From positions 41,061 through 105,060 of the forward strand of contig CALGMT010000024.1 of the NCBI GenBank assembly GCA_937958885.1: 64,000 bases of DNA. The letters are read 5' to 3'. Below the pieces are notes generated by a model. It saw only the letters and a program-made list of their open reading frames with translations. It was not told the origin of the DNA and searched no databases. Shown here piece by piece: positions 47,501-53,391 of the stretch. Position numbers and translations under genes: made by a program. This DNA comes from an uncultured bacterium (GTDB lineage: Bacteria > Verrucomicrobiota > Kiritimatiellia > CAIVKH01). The first letter of the stretch is position 1, and every line of letters starts with the position of its first letter.

Positions 47501-48107
47501 CGCCGCCAACACGCAAGGCAAATGGCGGCGCATGATCGTTCCTCTCAACAGCGTCGGCAACGACAGCAACCTCTACGTGCGATTCACGCTTCAGTCCGAC
47601 ACGAACACGCTGACCGCTGGCGGGTGGTACATCGACGATATCGCGATCCTGCAGGGCTCCGAGATCGCGGGGTACGTCGCGGCCGGAACCAACGTGGAAG
47701 TTTGCCTCGTGGGCGAGGTGTTCAACGACCACATCCAGCAGTGCACGCAAAGCCAGCCCGACGGCGCATTCGGCTTCGGCTTCCTGCCGCTGGGCAACTA
47801 CCAGGTGGTTGCCGGCGGGGTCACGAGTCCGGTGATCGTGTTGAGCGGCAGCAGCTCGAACATCACGTTCATGGCGCCGCTTTCTCCGCCGATCTTCACC
47901 GACATCAGCCTCAATTCGCCGCTGGTGATTCGCTGGTCGGCCACCAACGGCGCCGCGTACAAGCTGGATGCGACAACCAACCTGATTACCGGTCCGTGGC
48001 AGCACTTGTATTCGGTGACCAGCGGCGTGAATACCACGCTGTCCTACACCGATTCCGTGCCGACGCCCGGACGAATCTATCGTGTCTCGATTACAAATGC
48101 CCCATGA
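35562..48107 (+). CDS. giant (4,181 aa) membrane-anchored multidomain S8 subtilisin-family peptidase
   Basis: One uninterrupted 12,546-nt ORF. GTG start at 35562 preceded by GAGGTG. N-terminal hydrophobic anchor. S8 motifs: VTDSGVD (D382, nt 36705-36707), DGHGTHVA (H429, nt 36846-36848), NNSWG, and SGTSMATP (S671, nt 37572-37574). Many downstream modules are listed in the findings. Confidence 0.9.
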   Translation: MKRLRNIGLMLALVAVAGLWAVRTIGSDGREGEAAFTLSREGDRYTLKANNARLVDVLAELRPLAGLELAADPALDTRITADLADATIEQVLAAVSSSRALVYERTREDDLRLIHARLTSEQDPVEPAAAPGEAPARTFAARPAPIPQRLLTNTRRTLDELRKDDAGAILFSGAILDTRALVEEGRGLDLPDAFRAPADSVNQIVQFDRPVSTADREAMEALGIRVNHYLPHRAYAVSATPEQLAALQNLPGVYMTEPYHPYFKMSAAVRERLVGGGSAVDPQEVAAFKIMTFSGADAEADLAALGLEAVRAESDGRRQVLTVNANADQLTRLLKADSVQWIEPYIPAAVMNDLGNKRMRVPSLRQLHPTLRGDGMTIAVTDSGVDFKHQGFSVVQGSPTSTNLNTRIHYYEFREGPFTEGLPGDVDGHGTHVAATILGNGALSQTANAVPGSDGPPFGTNQFAGVAPRARLVMLEDFNSIPQDEQARISHQQGARISNNSWGYPAFFEYGADSALWDALVRDADSTAPGNQELITFFAAGNSGEGDPDGTGGQPGTVSMPGNAKNVITMGALEQPRYANNIMGVFFGGQQYFSDLESDSDWQVASFSARGPVSGTDLRVKPDLVAPGAFVISAQSHETSPDDFTVDFSRTDYRFGNVDTGTNYAFLSGTSMATPLGAGAAALIYQHLTNTLGNPPSAALMKAILVAGARTVNSLIYRRPIWSENLDLVDDGWGLIDVARSVAGPRIRSSDTVLLFDQAQTQPLQTGETYSQQISMGANEGGLRIVLAYTDKPGTPGAGIQLVNNLDLIVFGPNGAIYRGNQFASDGVHAYRFSASDPVLYDQYNNVEVVTIPAGGAGTYTIRVFGRQVADGPQDYALVIQKGIGYQGRTPGNFPSIALDTNGLPVIAYSFDPSQQDDATSNLTRQIHVRRWAGPYGDAAELGQWKRLEDQWYGIRDSLDFGGISKTLENSEYPSVAVRGDKIYVAWEEGTQFDPNSAITNQRVFLRAFNGSDWVQLGGSASGFGVSKNTNGYDATRPVVGVMGDGSPVVAWLQDGFAPNLRRVFVARWDGTNWVGMAGSHTNGVPTPAATKLADELSMTINGVGNPVLAFKEQTNPDGIVVLQWTGAAWGNISPPDVPPFLEKPRIASGPGPNNLALAWIQTYGAAPGIYQSLQVYAARYNGTWSAVGGSQTFPGISAATNLTERPRDLAVGVAFNNNITVMWQGGTNEQERTIMGRRWTVGATNWTDISGSSRAPGITKVFDAYSTPSMAIDGAGLPIVAFANTSFQANEQEVQTYTLVGDRSPPTFAGLQTALGGTNNNVTLGWLPATDDTSTTIVYRIYRGTQTFACGVSPTCDSGNVFSNQIATVTNTTTFTVTGLTANLIYCFGVRAVDENGLIESNTVVRSAGPVSGVGDNDGDCLPNALELAAGTEPCVKDTDGDGMWDGWEWAFSTNNLAKTNPISIFNTNVIFLSPIDNGIDNIRTPTPNDGDPINLPGADPDGDGASSFEEFLWWLNNGASCAITNVSVPAGPNPTAFDTDGDGMPDGWEMLNGLNPINPSDASGDLDGDGLTNLQEYQFGSDPRNTDSDGDGLSDGAEVNIYGTNPATADSDGDGLDDGYEVLIGSNPRRADSNGNFLADGDAIQLGLSPTGAVQAYKILFNETFESTSTTVAAWTSYPLSGPSFFNMWHISAVEPAPETSPFDIVFFGERSTNRAYRAARDVTPTPGTDTNATYNIGAPVAMALQTPTLTNAALSVSNLFVAWTEYYETEPEFDQMVVQARALPNTNWINISEIRSGLSGVTNFAGTNVKARWVNRIADASAFAGKSNVQVRFLFSVLNSINNDYRGWWVDDVRIYEGTVIQGWVRDINGRAVQGATVRAMGSGGLTNRVNGHRFVLPGKVFGESVTAVDGSYRIAGLPMGKFYLKASAEGYLDEFYDGPLFTNGYAFGNGFRPGVFERESVSPLGVIGLLTPGAATNAHFELEFGQGRPRLGVSLVDAGGVKHPVFINGMGSTVWNGSTSAPALVSYVTSTNPLLKPNFPDWLTNAVAPNYHADLAPGQHLIFAGTNLPLFPLLPVDLREGESTLVIIETNQAFSRLFIEVADGGVYNVRVNGRLLTNQTPTIVDVRAGLHEVTLVKTGATARIGAKLVDAPIGARKLVTFSTNETLGAVGSLKLSAKDPFGNAITGLTVAINGVPVASNEVAGSSLDASPLIIQGLRPGSHVINVQKPGYRANARRPVDIFSGVESEVVLVLYESDADFDRVGDALEIESYTNRFLFHRNNDPDIDGLNNQQEFDLFRLFGIRLNIFNADTDGDGLSDGKEVGYNGFTNRFARSILYTNAIQFTPVVQSMFVGRYLDGIDNFGVGTGVVASIGGDRFVGDIVHPILPVPTKEPALTVFTNIPTFPPKRAINRGHLSMAAIFADSMPHQVDTDGDGMWDGFEYQYSTNAAMLDLLDDSDAGLDPDFDDLTNLQEFLGVDGIANTNDWLNPGKADTDGDFMPDGWEMQYGLNPLSASDAFLDKDGDGLLNLHEYLVGTSPLLTDTDADFLPDYEEVMIYMTDPLNPDTDGDGLLDGREVWDKNMDGIRDGGFFPNWYTGADMDGDGYWDGPTDWDTDGDGMPDGFEVLDRFGNIRPEGARLNPSDPTDADEDPDGDGLTNLQEYLVRDALFGNHPSQFSDFHAAWYGYAPVRWRFTARPFAFEFPVWDYATDPFNADTDGDGIPDGYEVLFGLHPMDPIPTEYGSSLLRYPPIGPYGDPDQDGLWNDFEYRIRFAIDGAFSTNAAFGSSTHPWRSDSDGDGVPDGFEHHALFGNPTQQDTDGDRLMDGMGVPGKWGEVQSVRRVDYEVVACSTCTWADAAAIAAATPHPDNPAVLGHLAVISDIQELNNVRSLLGPGMTNIALGFLDAEGEGVYSTVTGEPFVFHYFATNEPAIVPGVTNVGFTRPDGWWGVALDTDPMDHFVIEWAYTPMTNHYDGATNDLWELVWPLADGPSRPYWQRVNIDSNSPTPPNRWGAAMVYNPAFERKNRRFDGSEPGSRYHYSGVTVLDNRKLIVIGGVDGVDRYTDIWEFSIRSNEWRKSVQSLLTPANASPGLQGLHSGLSDFGAVLLMGYRNTKDDACSCLFVPWNCDGEDFGEPKNRPWNNGFKQSSYDHTYILGGWNDQHEYQLPEPMRTVLYKSTDDRTPVREMNDDEDDQDGWSARVGIVIQNYTNLLSPPIVTVTNGIVGYGRLFTDNEQVPVGTYIDSYTTDVTEGDTRLVTTVTRSNAVAGVRFANFPFVPSCDEIVYAGLRLDISRKPAPTTVFTIIAEYDDVVRTARPYEESDAGNNITVVESHHPITRLNRPFNSTPLDTVFTNYRSYNINLALSTPSASSDFLELDVTPIVQELIASGNWQGQAIGFLLLETNGVPDYALFRENKSRLIVEYVPSYIRPPAWLVGATVQAENGEIPSRRKSFGIVYDHGQNKLVLFGGMNGRTVFNETYEASLIGENDDGTTAPVEGDGSQTKLVRFVSWTKVNPAVSPSARWGHSMVYDDIYQRVVLFGGFDAQNRPLNDLWEYDTENQTWTEITAFQDGQRPSPRGGAMMAFYGAEFYKRGAGGDYKSTKRNRFVLFGGTDGKNYYNDTWVFYRDFSNPILEQQTGNRWTLVDPGGEQSRGPSPRAFGAIAYAQNGGERPDPFGIGPYGRNEAGGNVAASATVLLFGGRVGALPAGSDTDRDLVPDGLEHELGGFAAGRDPRVNALVNPDGAETVPYNVKRLGAWPGRMNWLTRPHIADLEVLSYVDRGEAWRSQLFTWQGWPIETSFTNENYVIGDETRAPFETPYTDRVVYVTGIDALSPDWTNLWYHRYPLNLGDPRDDRNVWQLGIPILTGSNSNSAPPYAYSGRWVYGTRLNGFYPSAATMELYSPIFNTLVPDPSTPHPDNANAFFLMFHEWLDLADSNDFVRVDIVRPSTPADIATRVSGLNRPTITVVPNRNSAANTQGKWRRMIVPLNSVGNDSNLYVRFTLQSDTNTLTAGGWYIDDIAILQGSEIAGYVAAGTNVEVCLVGEVFNDHIQQCTQSQPDGAFGFGFLPLGNYQVVAGGVTSPVIVLSGSSSNITFMAPLSPPIFTDISLNSPLVIRWSATNGAAYKLDATTNLITGPWQHLYSVTSGVNTTLSYTDSVPTPGRIYRVSITNAP

Positions 48108-48184
48108 CCCTCAGGCCGCCATTGCGGATGCGCGAACAGGCGGGCGGGTTGTTGAAACAGCGACAATTAATGACAACGGCGACA

Positions 48185-48220
48185 TTGACATTGACCGCGC
48201 ATGCGCGTGTGATTTACTAT
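48185..48220 (+). promoter_or_regulatory. candidate sigma70-type promoter for the downstream lipoprotein gene
   Basis: Tandem TTGACA/TTGACC at 48185-48196, 18-nt spacer, TACTAT at 48215-48220. AAGGAGAA SD ahead of ATG 48261. Confidence 0.3.
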
Positions 48221-48260
48221 CATTGCGACACGTGAAATGCGCCTCTATAAGGAGAACGGC

Positions 48261-49193
48261 ATGAAGATGAAGTGGATGTTGCTCGGCGCGACAATCGCCG
48301 GCGTGGGTCTTTGGGTGGGCGCGGGTTGCGATTGGTCTACGGGTGGCGGAGGATCGCTGAACACCTCGCAGGGCGCGGGTGTGAATATCAATTTCTCCGG
48401 TGTGTATGCCGGTAACATCAATGGCCGCGCAGTGGACCGTACCAGCGCAGGAACCATAGCGTCACTGACTATTCGGCAGACGGGCAATCGCGTCGAGGTG
48501 ATCGACAGCCAAGGGTCTCGCTACGAAGGCTCCGTCGGCGCGCCCGGTCTGGTCGCGTCACCCGGCAGCACCGGAGCCTATCCGCCCGGCGCGGAGCTGG
48601 TGCAAGCGCAGATCAGTTGGGCCGGCAAGGACGGTGTCGCACAGCGGGACATCGAATTTGTCGGGATCATCCATGCAGTGTCCGTGGAAGATGTGAAGTC
48701 CAAGACCGAATCGCGCGTTATAAAGGACAACAGTTCCACCTCGCGCACCACCACCGATGAACAGGCGCGCAAGCAGACATTCACCGTCAACAACGGGAAC
48801 AACACAACCATCACGGAGATCCTGACCATCGGGAATCCGGGCGACCCGTTCTACAGCCAGACCGTCACGACGACGGTGATCGACAACCAAACAGGCGCGA
48901 TTATCAGCCGCGATGTGAAGACCACGGGTGAATCCTCGCGATCTCGCACCGATGAAACGATCGTGGAAACGGTCAACACCTACACGCTCACCGAAGCGAA
49001 CGTTCAATATCGCCTCGAAGGCACATGGATCGAGAAGAACAGTCCGATCGTTTCCCGCGTGGATGCGATTTCGCGCGGCACGTTCGGCATCATCAGCATC
49101 ACCACCGTGGGTCGTCAGGAGGGCGCTGGACTTCCCGGAGGGGGTGGCGGCGGAGGTGCCGGCGGCGGTGGCGGCGGCGGTGGCGGGACCTGA
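48261..49193 (+). CDS. lipoprotein, hypothetical, with a Thr/Ser/Asn-rich body and a C-terminal poly-Gly tail
   Basis: MKMKWMLLGATIAGVGLWVGAGC contains a lipobox. Ends ...GAGLPGGGGGGGAGGGGGGGGGT. The track ORF starts at 48237. Confidence 0.7.
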   Translation: MKMKWMLLGATIAGVGLWVGAGCDWSTGGGGSLNTSQGAGVNINFSGVYAGNINGRAVDRTSAGTIASLTIRQTGNRVEVIDSQGSRYEGSVGAPGLVASPGSTGAYPPGAELVQAQISWAGKDGVAQRDIEFVGIIHAVSVEDVKSKTESRVIKDNSSTSRTTTDEQARKQTFTVNNGNNTTITEILTIGNPGDPFYSQTVTTTVIDNQTGAIISRDVKTTGESSRSRTDETIVETVNTYTLTEANVQYRLEGTWIEKNSPIVSRVDAISRGTFGIISITTVGRQEGAGLPGGGGGGGAGGGGGGGGGT

Positions 49194-49226
49194 TTTGACG
49201 CTCGATCAAGCTATTTGGTAGGCACA

Positions 49227-49260
49227 CGACCCCAAGCGCTCGCTTGGGGTCGTTTGGTAT
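49227..49260 (+). terminator. rho-independent terminator
   Basis: Perfect 12-bp stem cgaccccaagcg / cgcttggggtcg (49227-49238 and 49241-49252), followed by tttggtatt. Located 34 nt after the lipoprotein stop. Confidence 0.7.
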
Positions 49261-49296
49261 TCGAACTGGAAAAGCGATTCGATAGGAGAGGCCACG

Positions 49297-50523
49297 ATGC
49301 ATGCGGTGAGTGTGATTCTGGGAGGCGGGCAGGGGACGCGCCTGCTGCCGTTGACGCTCGAGCGCTCGAAACCCGCGGTGCCGATTGCGGGAAAATATCG
49401 GCTGATCGACATTCCCGTCAGCAACTGCATCAACAGCGGCATCCGATCGATTTATCTGCTGACGCAATTCAACAGCGAGTCGCTGCACCGTCACATCTCG
49501 CGCACCTACCGTTTCGATCAATTCTCGCAGGGGTACGTCCGCATTCTTGCTGCGCAGCAAACGCCGAGTTCGGAACAATGGTTCCAGGGCACGGCGGACG
49601 CCGTGCGCCAGAGTTTGCGCTATCTCGTTGAAGAAGAGCCGGACTACGTCGTGATCCTTTCCGGCGATCAGTTGTACCGGATGGATTTTCGCGAGGTCAT
49701 ACGCCAGCACCAGGCCAGCGGCGCGGAGGTGACCATCTGCACCAAGCCCGTGCCTCGCCACGATGCCGGCGCTCTAGGCATCATGCAGGTGGATGACGAC
49801 AAGCGCATCGTGAATTTTGTCGAAAAGCCGGGCAACACGCCCGCGCTCGATCCGCTTCGCGCGCCGCTGTACAAAGAGGAACGCTACCTCGCCAGTATGG
49901 GCATCTATGTCTTCAATCGGCAGGTCCTGGTCAAATTGCTCGAAGGGAGCCAGCCTGACTTCGGAAAGCACATCATTCCGGAGTCGATCAAGAGCCACAA
50001 AGTCTTCAGCTTCATCTTTGACGGATACTGGCGCGATATCGGAACCATCCACTCATTTTGGGAGACCAATCTGTCGCTGACCGACCCGCTGCCCGAATTC
50101 AATTTTTACGATCCGAAAGCGCCGATCTACACGGACATGCGCTATCTACCGCCGTCCAAGATTAACTGCTGCGATCTCAATCGCTGCCTGCTCTCGGAAG
50201 GCTGCATCATCTCCGGGCATCGCATCCTGCACTCGATTATCGGCATTCGCGCCATTGTCGGCGACGGATCCGTCATCGAGCATTCTGTCGTGATGGGCGC
50301 GGATTTTTACGAGCGCGAACCCGAACACGGAGAGGTTAAGCTCGGCATCGGCCGCGACTGCTACATCAAAAACGCGATCGTGGACAAAAACGCCCGCATC
50401 GGAGACGGCGCCTATCTCTCGCCCGACGGCAAGAAGGATGTCACGCACCCGCTGTATGTGATCCGCGACGGTGTGATCGTGATTCCGAAGAATGCTGTCA
50501 TTCCCCCCGGTTTCCGTGTTTAG
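49297..50523 (+). CDS. glgC: glucose-1-phosphate adenylyltransferase
   Basis: 408 aa. VILGGGQGTRLLPLTLERSKPAVPIAGKYRLIDIPVSNCINS motif. C-terminal left-handed beta-helix region. Confidence 0.93.
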   Translation: MHAVSVILGGGQGTRLLPLTLERSKPAVPIAGKYRLIDIPVSNCINSGIRSIYLLTQFNSESLHRHISRTYRFDQFSQGYVRILAAQQTPSSEQWFQGTADAVRQSLRYLVEEEPDYVVILSGDQLYRMDFREVIRQHQASGAEVTICTKPVPRHDAGALGIMQVDDDKRIVNFVEKPGNTPALDPLRAPLYKEERYLASMGIYVFNRQVLVKLLEGSQPDFGKHIIPESIKSHKVFSFIFDGYWRDIGTIHSFWETNLSLTDPLPEFNFYDPKAPIYTDMRYLPPSKINCCDLNRCLLSEGCIISGHRILHSIIGIRAIVGDGSVIEHSVVMGADFYEREPEHGEVKLGIGRDCYIKNAIVDKNARIGDGAYLSPDGKKDVTHPLYVIRDGVIVIPKNAVIPPGFRV

Positions 50524-50579
50524 CGCGTGTGGTTCTTAAACGCGCGATAATCGCTGCTCGATGGAAACCGAGTAACGCG

Positions 50580-50622
50580 CTCACCCAGCCCGATCCCGCA
50601 AATCGGGAGAGGGCAGGGTGAG
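50580..50622. terminator. nested hairpin between convergent genes (possible bidirectional terminator)
   Basis: ctcaccc-ag-cccgat-cccgcaa-atcggg-agagggca-gggtgag. Lies between the glgC (+) and M23 peptidase (-) 3' ends. Confidence 0.35.
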
Positions 50623-50686
50623 GGTTTCAACTGATAATTGCCGGCGCCGAAATCATTAACCTGCAAGGCGTCTGCCGGCGGCCGCT

Positions 50687-51775
50687 TCAGCGGTGCAGCA
50701 ACAAATCGAGCCACGTTTCACCGTTCGAACCGAGCACCCACCGATCGTTCCTCTGAAGCACGATGCGGCGACCGTTTCGCCCGAGGACCTGCTCATCCAC
50801 ACGCAGCACAGCGTGAGCGGCGCCGCCCAAGCGCGCCGCCTCATCGCCGTCGGCGGGGCGCCCGCCGATAGGTACGCCGCCCTCCTGAAGGGAGATCACC
50901 ATCGCGCCGCTGAAGTCGGATGGTCCGCTCCACAGCGCGGAATGGCGCTGAAAGAAATCGGGCAGTTGCCGCACGCGCACGACCAACTCGACGGCAACAG
51001 GAATGCGGCGGATGTGCTCCAATAGTGTGAATCGTCCCCCGGTGATTTCGAACTCGCGGAAAACGGCAAGCGGATCAAGGCCCCAAAGATTCTGCCCATT
51101 GCACAATCCCCCTGGCGTCTGCTTCTTCGGCAGCTTCGGCCATGTCAGGAATTGCGCGTTGGCCATGAGTCCGATCTCGAAGTGCAGGTGGGCGCGTGAC
51201 ATGGGGATCGGCGTCAGCGCCGTGTTGCCCATCACGCCCAGCCGCGTCCCTGCGGAAACAGGCATCCCCTCGCGCAGCGCGGGGTCGACCGAAGCCATGT
51301 GCGCATATAGCGTATAGAATGTGCCGACAGGATCTTCATGAATAAGCACGATGTAAATGCCATAATCGGAATTGCCCGCCGCGCGGCTGATCATGGCCAC
51401 TTTCCCATCCGCCGCCGCGAGGATTTCGTCCGTGGGGCGCCCCTGTCGATCGCGCGCGACAGGGGCAATATCGATGCCCTCGTGGAATCGCGGAAGCATG
51501 CGGTTTCCGTATTGCCCCGTGCGCACGGAACCATAAAGGCCGGATTCCGGGTTGCCCGAGGCCGTGGGCATAAATACACCTGCGAGATTGGTCCCTGTGA
51601 GCGCGATTTGCCGAGTCGGATATACGAGGGTATGCAGCGCAGAAGCAGGCAGCAACATCGCGCCCGCCGGCTCCGGCGGCGGGAGGCTGACCGGCGTCGT
51701 CGTCGGTTCTCGACGACCGCAGCCGGCAAGCAGAGCTGCACATACGAGCCATGCCCATCTGCGACCGCGAATCAT
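50687..51775 (-). CDS. M23-family metallopeptidase lipoprotein
   Basis: Start ATG at 51775 ([20 protein letters not shown] lipobox). HEGIDI (HxxxD) and HLHFEI (HxH) zinc motifs. The track ORF extends upstream to 52108 through the neighbouring gene. Confidence 0.85.
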   Translation of the reverse strand: MIRGRRWAWLVCAALLAGCGRREPTTTPVSLPPPEPAGAMLLPASALHTLVYPTRQIALTGTNLAGVFMPTASGNPESGLYGSVRTGQYGNRMLPRFHEGIDIAPVARDRQGRPTDEILAAADGKVAMISRAAGNSDYGIYIVLIHEDPVGTFYTLYAHMASVDPALREGMPVSAGTRLGVMGNTALTPIPMSRAHLHFEIGLMANAQFLTWPKLPKKQTPGGLCNGQNLWGLDPLAVFREFEITGGRFTLLEHIRRIPVAVELVVRVRQLPDFFQRHSALWSGPSDFSGAMVISLQEGGVPIGGRPADGDEAARLGGAAHAVLRVDEQVLGRNGRRIVLQRNDRWVLGSNGETWLDLLLHR

Positions 51776-52539
51776 CAAAAGACGAGTCCGCCGATGAACT
51801 GAGGACCCTTGAAGGTCAGGTCGGCTTCCAGCGGGATGCTCGAATCGTCGCCGTCGATCGAAATGTGTCGGTAGCCGAGGCCGATGAAAAACGGATGAAT
51901 ATTGATCCGAAAATTCGCCTCGGCATCCCAGAACGCCACCTTGGTCTTGTCGAAATCCCATGCGCCGCCCGCGATGCCGAAATCGAGGCGGAACATCGGC
52001 GCCGGGTCGAACCGGAAATTGACGCCAATCACCGGAAGCGCCGTGCGGGCTTTCTCCTCCGCAGCGCCGAATCCCGGCGCGGATACCTCCGCATCCAGCT
52101 TCACCCATTGCACGCCGGCGAGGAATCCGCCGCGAAATCCATACGATCCGAGCTGATAGCGATAGGCGATCCGAATCAAATCCGCCGCCAACGCGGAAGC
52201 CACATCCGCATTCGCGCGATAGACCGTGTCGCCGAACCGGATGGTGCGATCGATTCGATTCCGCGCCGCCAGATCCAGCGACAGATACGATACCGCGATC
52301 TCACTGCCCGATCCCAGCGAGGCGTCGAACCCGAGCACCCGCTCCTTTTGACCGTAGCCAAGGTCCTCCTGGATATCGATGTCGGTGCCCGCCAATCCGT
52401 CCGTCCCGACGGACGCCGAGCCCGACGGCTTGAACTCCCAATAGCGAGCGCCCAGTTCGAGCATTTGCGCCTCCGCGCCGGCCGCGATTAGCGCCGCCGC
52501 GGTCAGTGCGACAAAAAGTTTTGTTTTCATGCCCCGCAT
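51775..52539 (-). CDS. outer membrane beta-barrel protein, hypothetical
   Basis: 254 aa. Signal peptide [21 protein letters not shown]. Alternating amphipathic strands. C-terminal ...FIGGLVF. The stop shares 1 nt with the M23 start codon. Confidence 0.7.
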   Translation of the reverse strand: MRGMKTKLFVALTAAALIAAGAEAQMLELGARYWEFKPSGSASVGTDGLAGTDIDIQEDLGYGQKERVLGFDASLGSGSEIAVSYLSLDLAARNRIDRTIRFGDTVYRANADVASALAADLIRIAYRYQLGSYGFRGGFLAGVQWVKLDAEVSAPGFGAAEEKARTALPVIGVNFRFDPAPMFRLDFGIAGGAWDFDKTKVAFWDAEANFRINIHPFFIGLGYRHISIDGDDSSIPLEADLTFKGPQFIGGLVF

Positions 52540-52608
52540 GTATACGTTTTATCCGACAGCGACAACCCCAAACCCCAAAACCCCTCGTTCCCATCCTTTC
52601 CATACCCC

Positions 52609-53370
52609 ATGCTCGCCAAACGTATCATTCCCTGTCTCGACATTGCCGGCGGGCGCGTGGTCAAAGGCGTCAAGTTCGTCGAATTGCGGGACGCGGGCGA
52701 CCCTGTCGAGGCGGCGCGCGCGTACGAGGCGCAGGGCGCGGATGAGTTGACTTTTCTCGACATCACCGCCTCGCACGAGGCTCGAGCGACGATTGAAGCG
52801 GTTGTTCGCGCCGTCGCCGAGCAGGTTTTCATGCCGCTGACCGTGGGCGGCGGCGTCCGCACCGCGGCGGATATTCGGCGCATGTTGCTCGCCGGCGCGG
52901 ATAAGGTGTCCGTCAACACCGCGGCCGTGAACACGCCCTCGATCATCGATGAGGGCGCCGCTCAGTTCGGCAGCCAGTGCATCGTGCTCGCGATCGATGC
53001 GCGCCGCCGCGCGGACGGATCCGGATGGGAGGTCTACACGCATGGCGGCCGCACACCGACCGGACGCGACGCCGTCGCGTGGGCGGAAGAGGGGGTCCGC
53101 CGCGGCGCGGGTGAAATCCTGCTCACCAGCATGGATGCGGACGGCACGAAAAACGGGTATGATCTCGCCCTGACCCGCGCGGTGTCCGAGGCCGTGCCGG
53201 TTCCCGTGATCGCCTCCGGCGGCGCGGGCACACTGGACCACCTCGTGGAGGCGGTCACCGAGGGGAAGGCCGATGCCGTGCTTGCGGCGTCGATCTTCCA
53301 TTTCGGAGCGTTCACGATTGGGCAGGCGAAAGCATATATGCGCGAGCGGGGCGTGGTGGTTCGCTCGTAA
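52609..53370 (+). CDS. hisF: imidazole glycerol phosphate synthase cyclase subunit
   Basis: 253 aa. [23 protein letters not shown] with DAGDPVE and SGGAG motifs. Confidence 0.96.
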   Translation: MLAKRIIPCLDIAGGRVVKGVKFVELRDAGDPVEAARAYEAQGADELTFLDITASHEARATIEAVVRAVAEQVFMPLTVGGGVRTAADIRRMLLAGADKVSVNTAAVNTPSIIDEGAAQFGSQCIVLAIDARRRADGSGWEVYTHGGRTPTGRDAVAWAEEGVRRGAGEILLTSMDADGTKNGYDLALTRAVSEAVPVPVIASGGAGTLDHLVEAVTEGKADAVLAASIFHFGAFTIGQAKAYMRERGVVVRS

Positions 53371-53391
53371 ACGGAAGAGAAGAGACGACAC

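Noticed and set aside
52574-52594. The tract aaccccaaaccccaaaacccc resembles ciliate telomeric C4A2-4 repeats and lies in the OMP/hisF divergent region.
   Set aside because: It has only three units, is internal to a bacterial chromosome, and has no partner tract. It is most likely a chance microsatellite.
52529-52750. An upstream ORF overlapping the hisF start was considered as a His leader peptide.
   Set aside because: It has only two scattered His codons, no His run, and extends deep into hisF. It is a shadow ORF.
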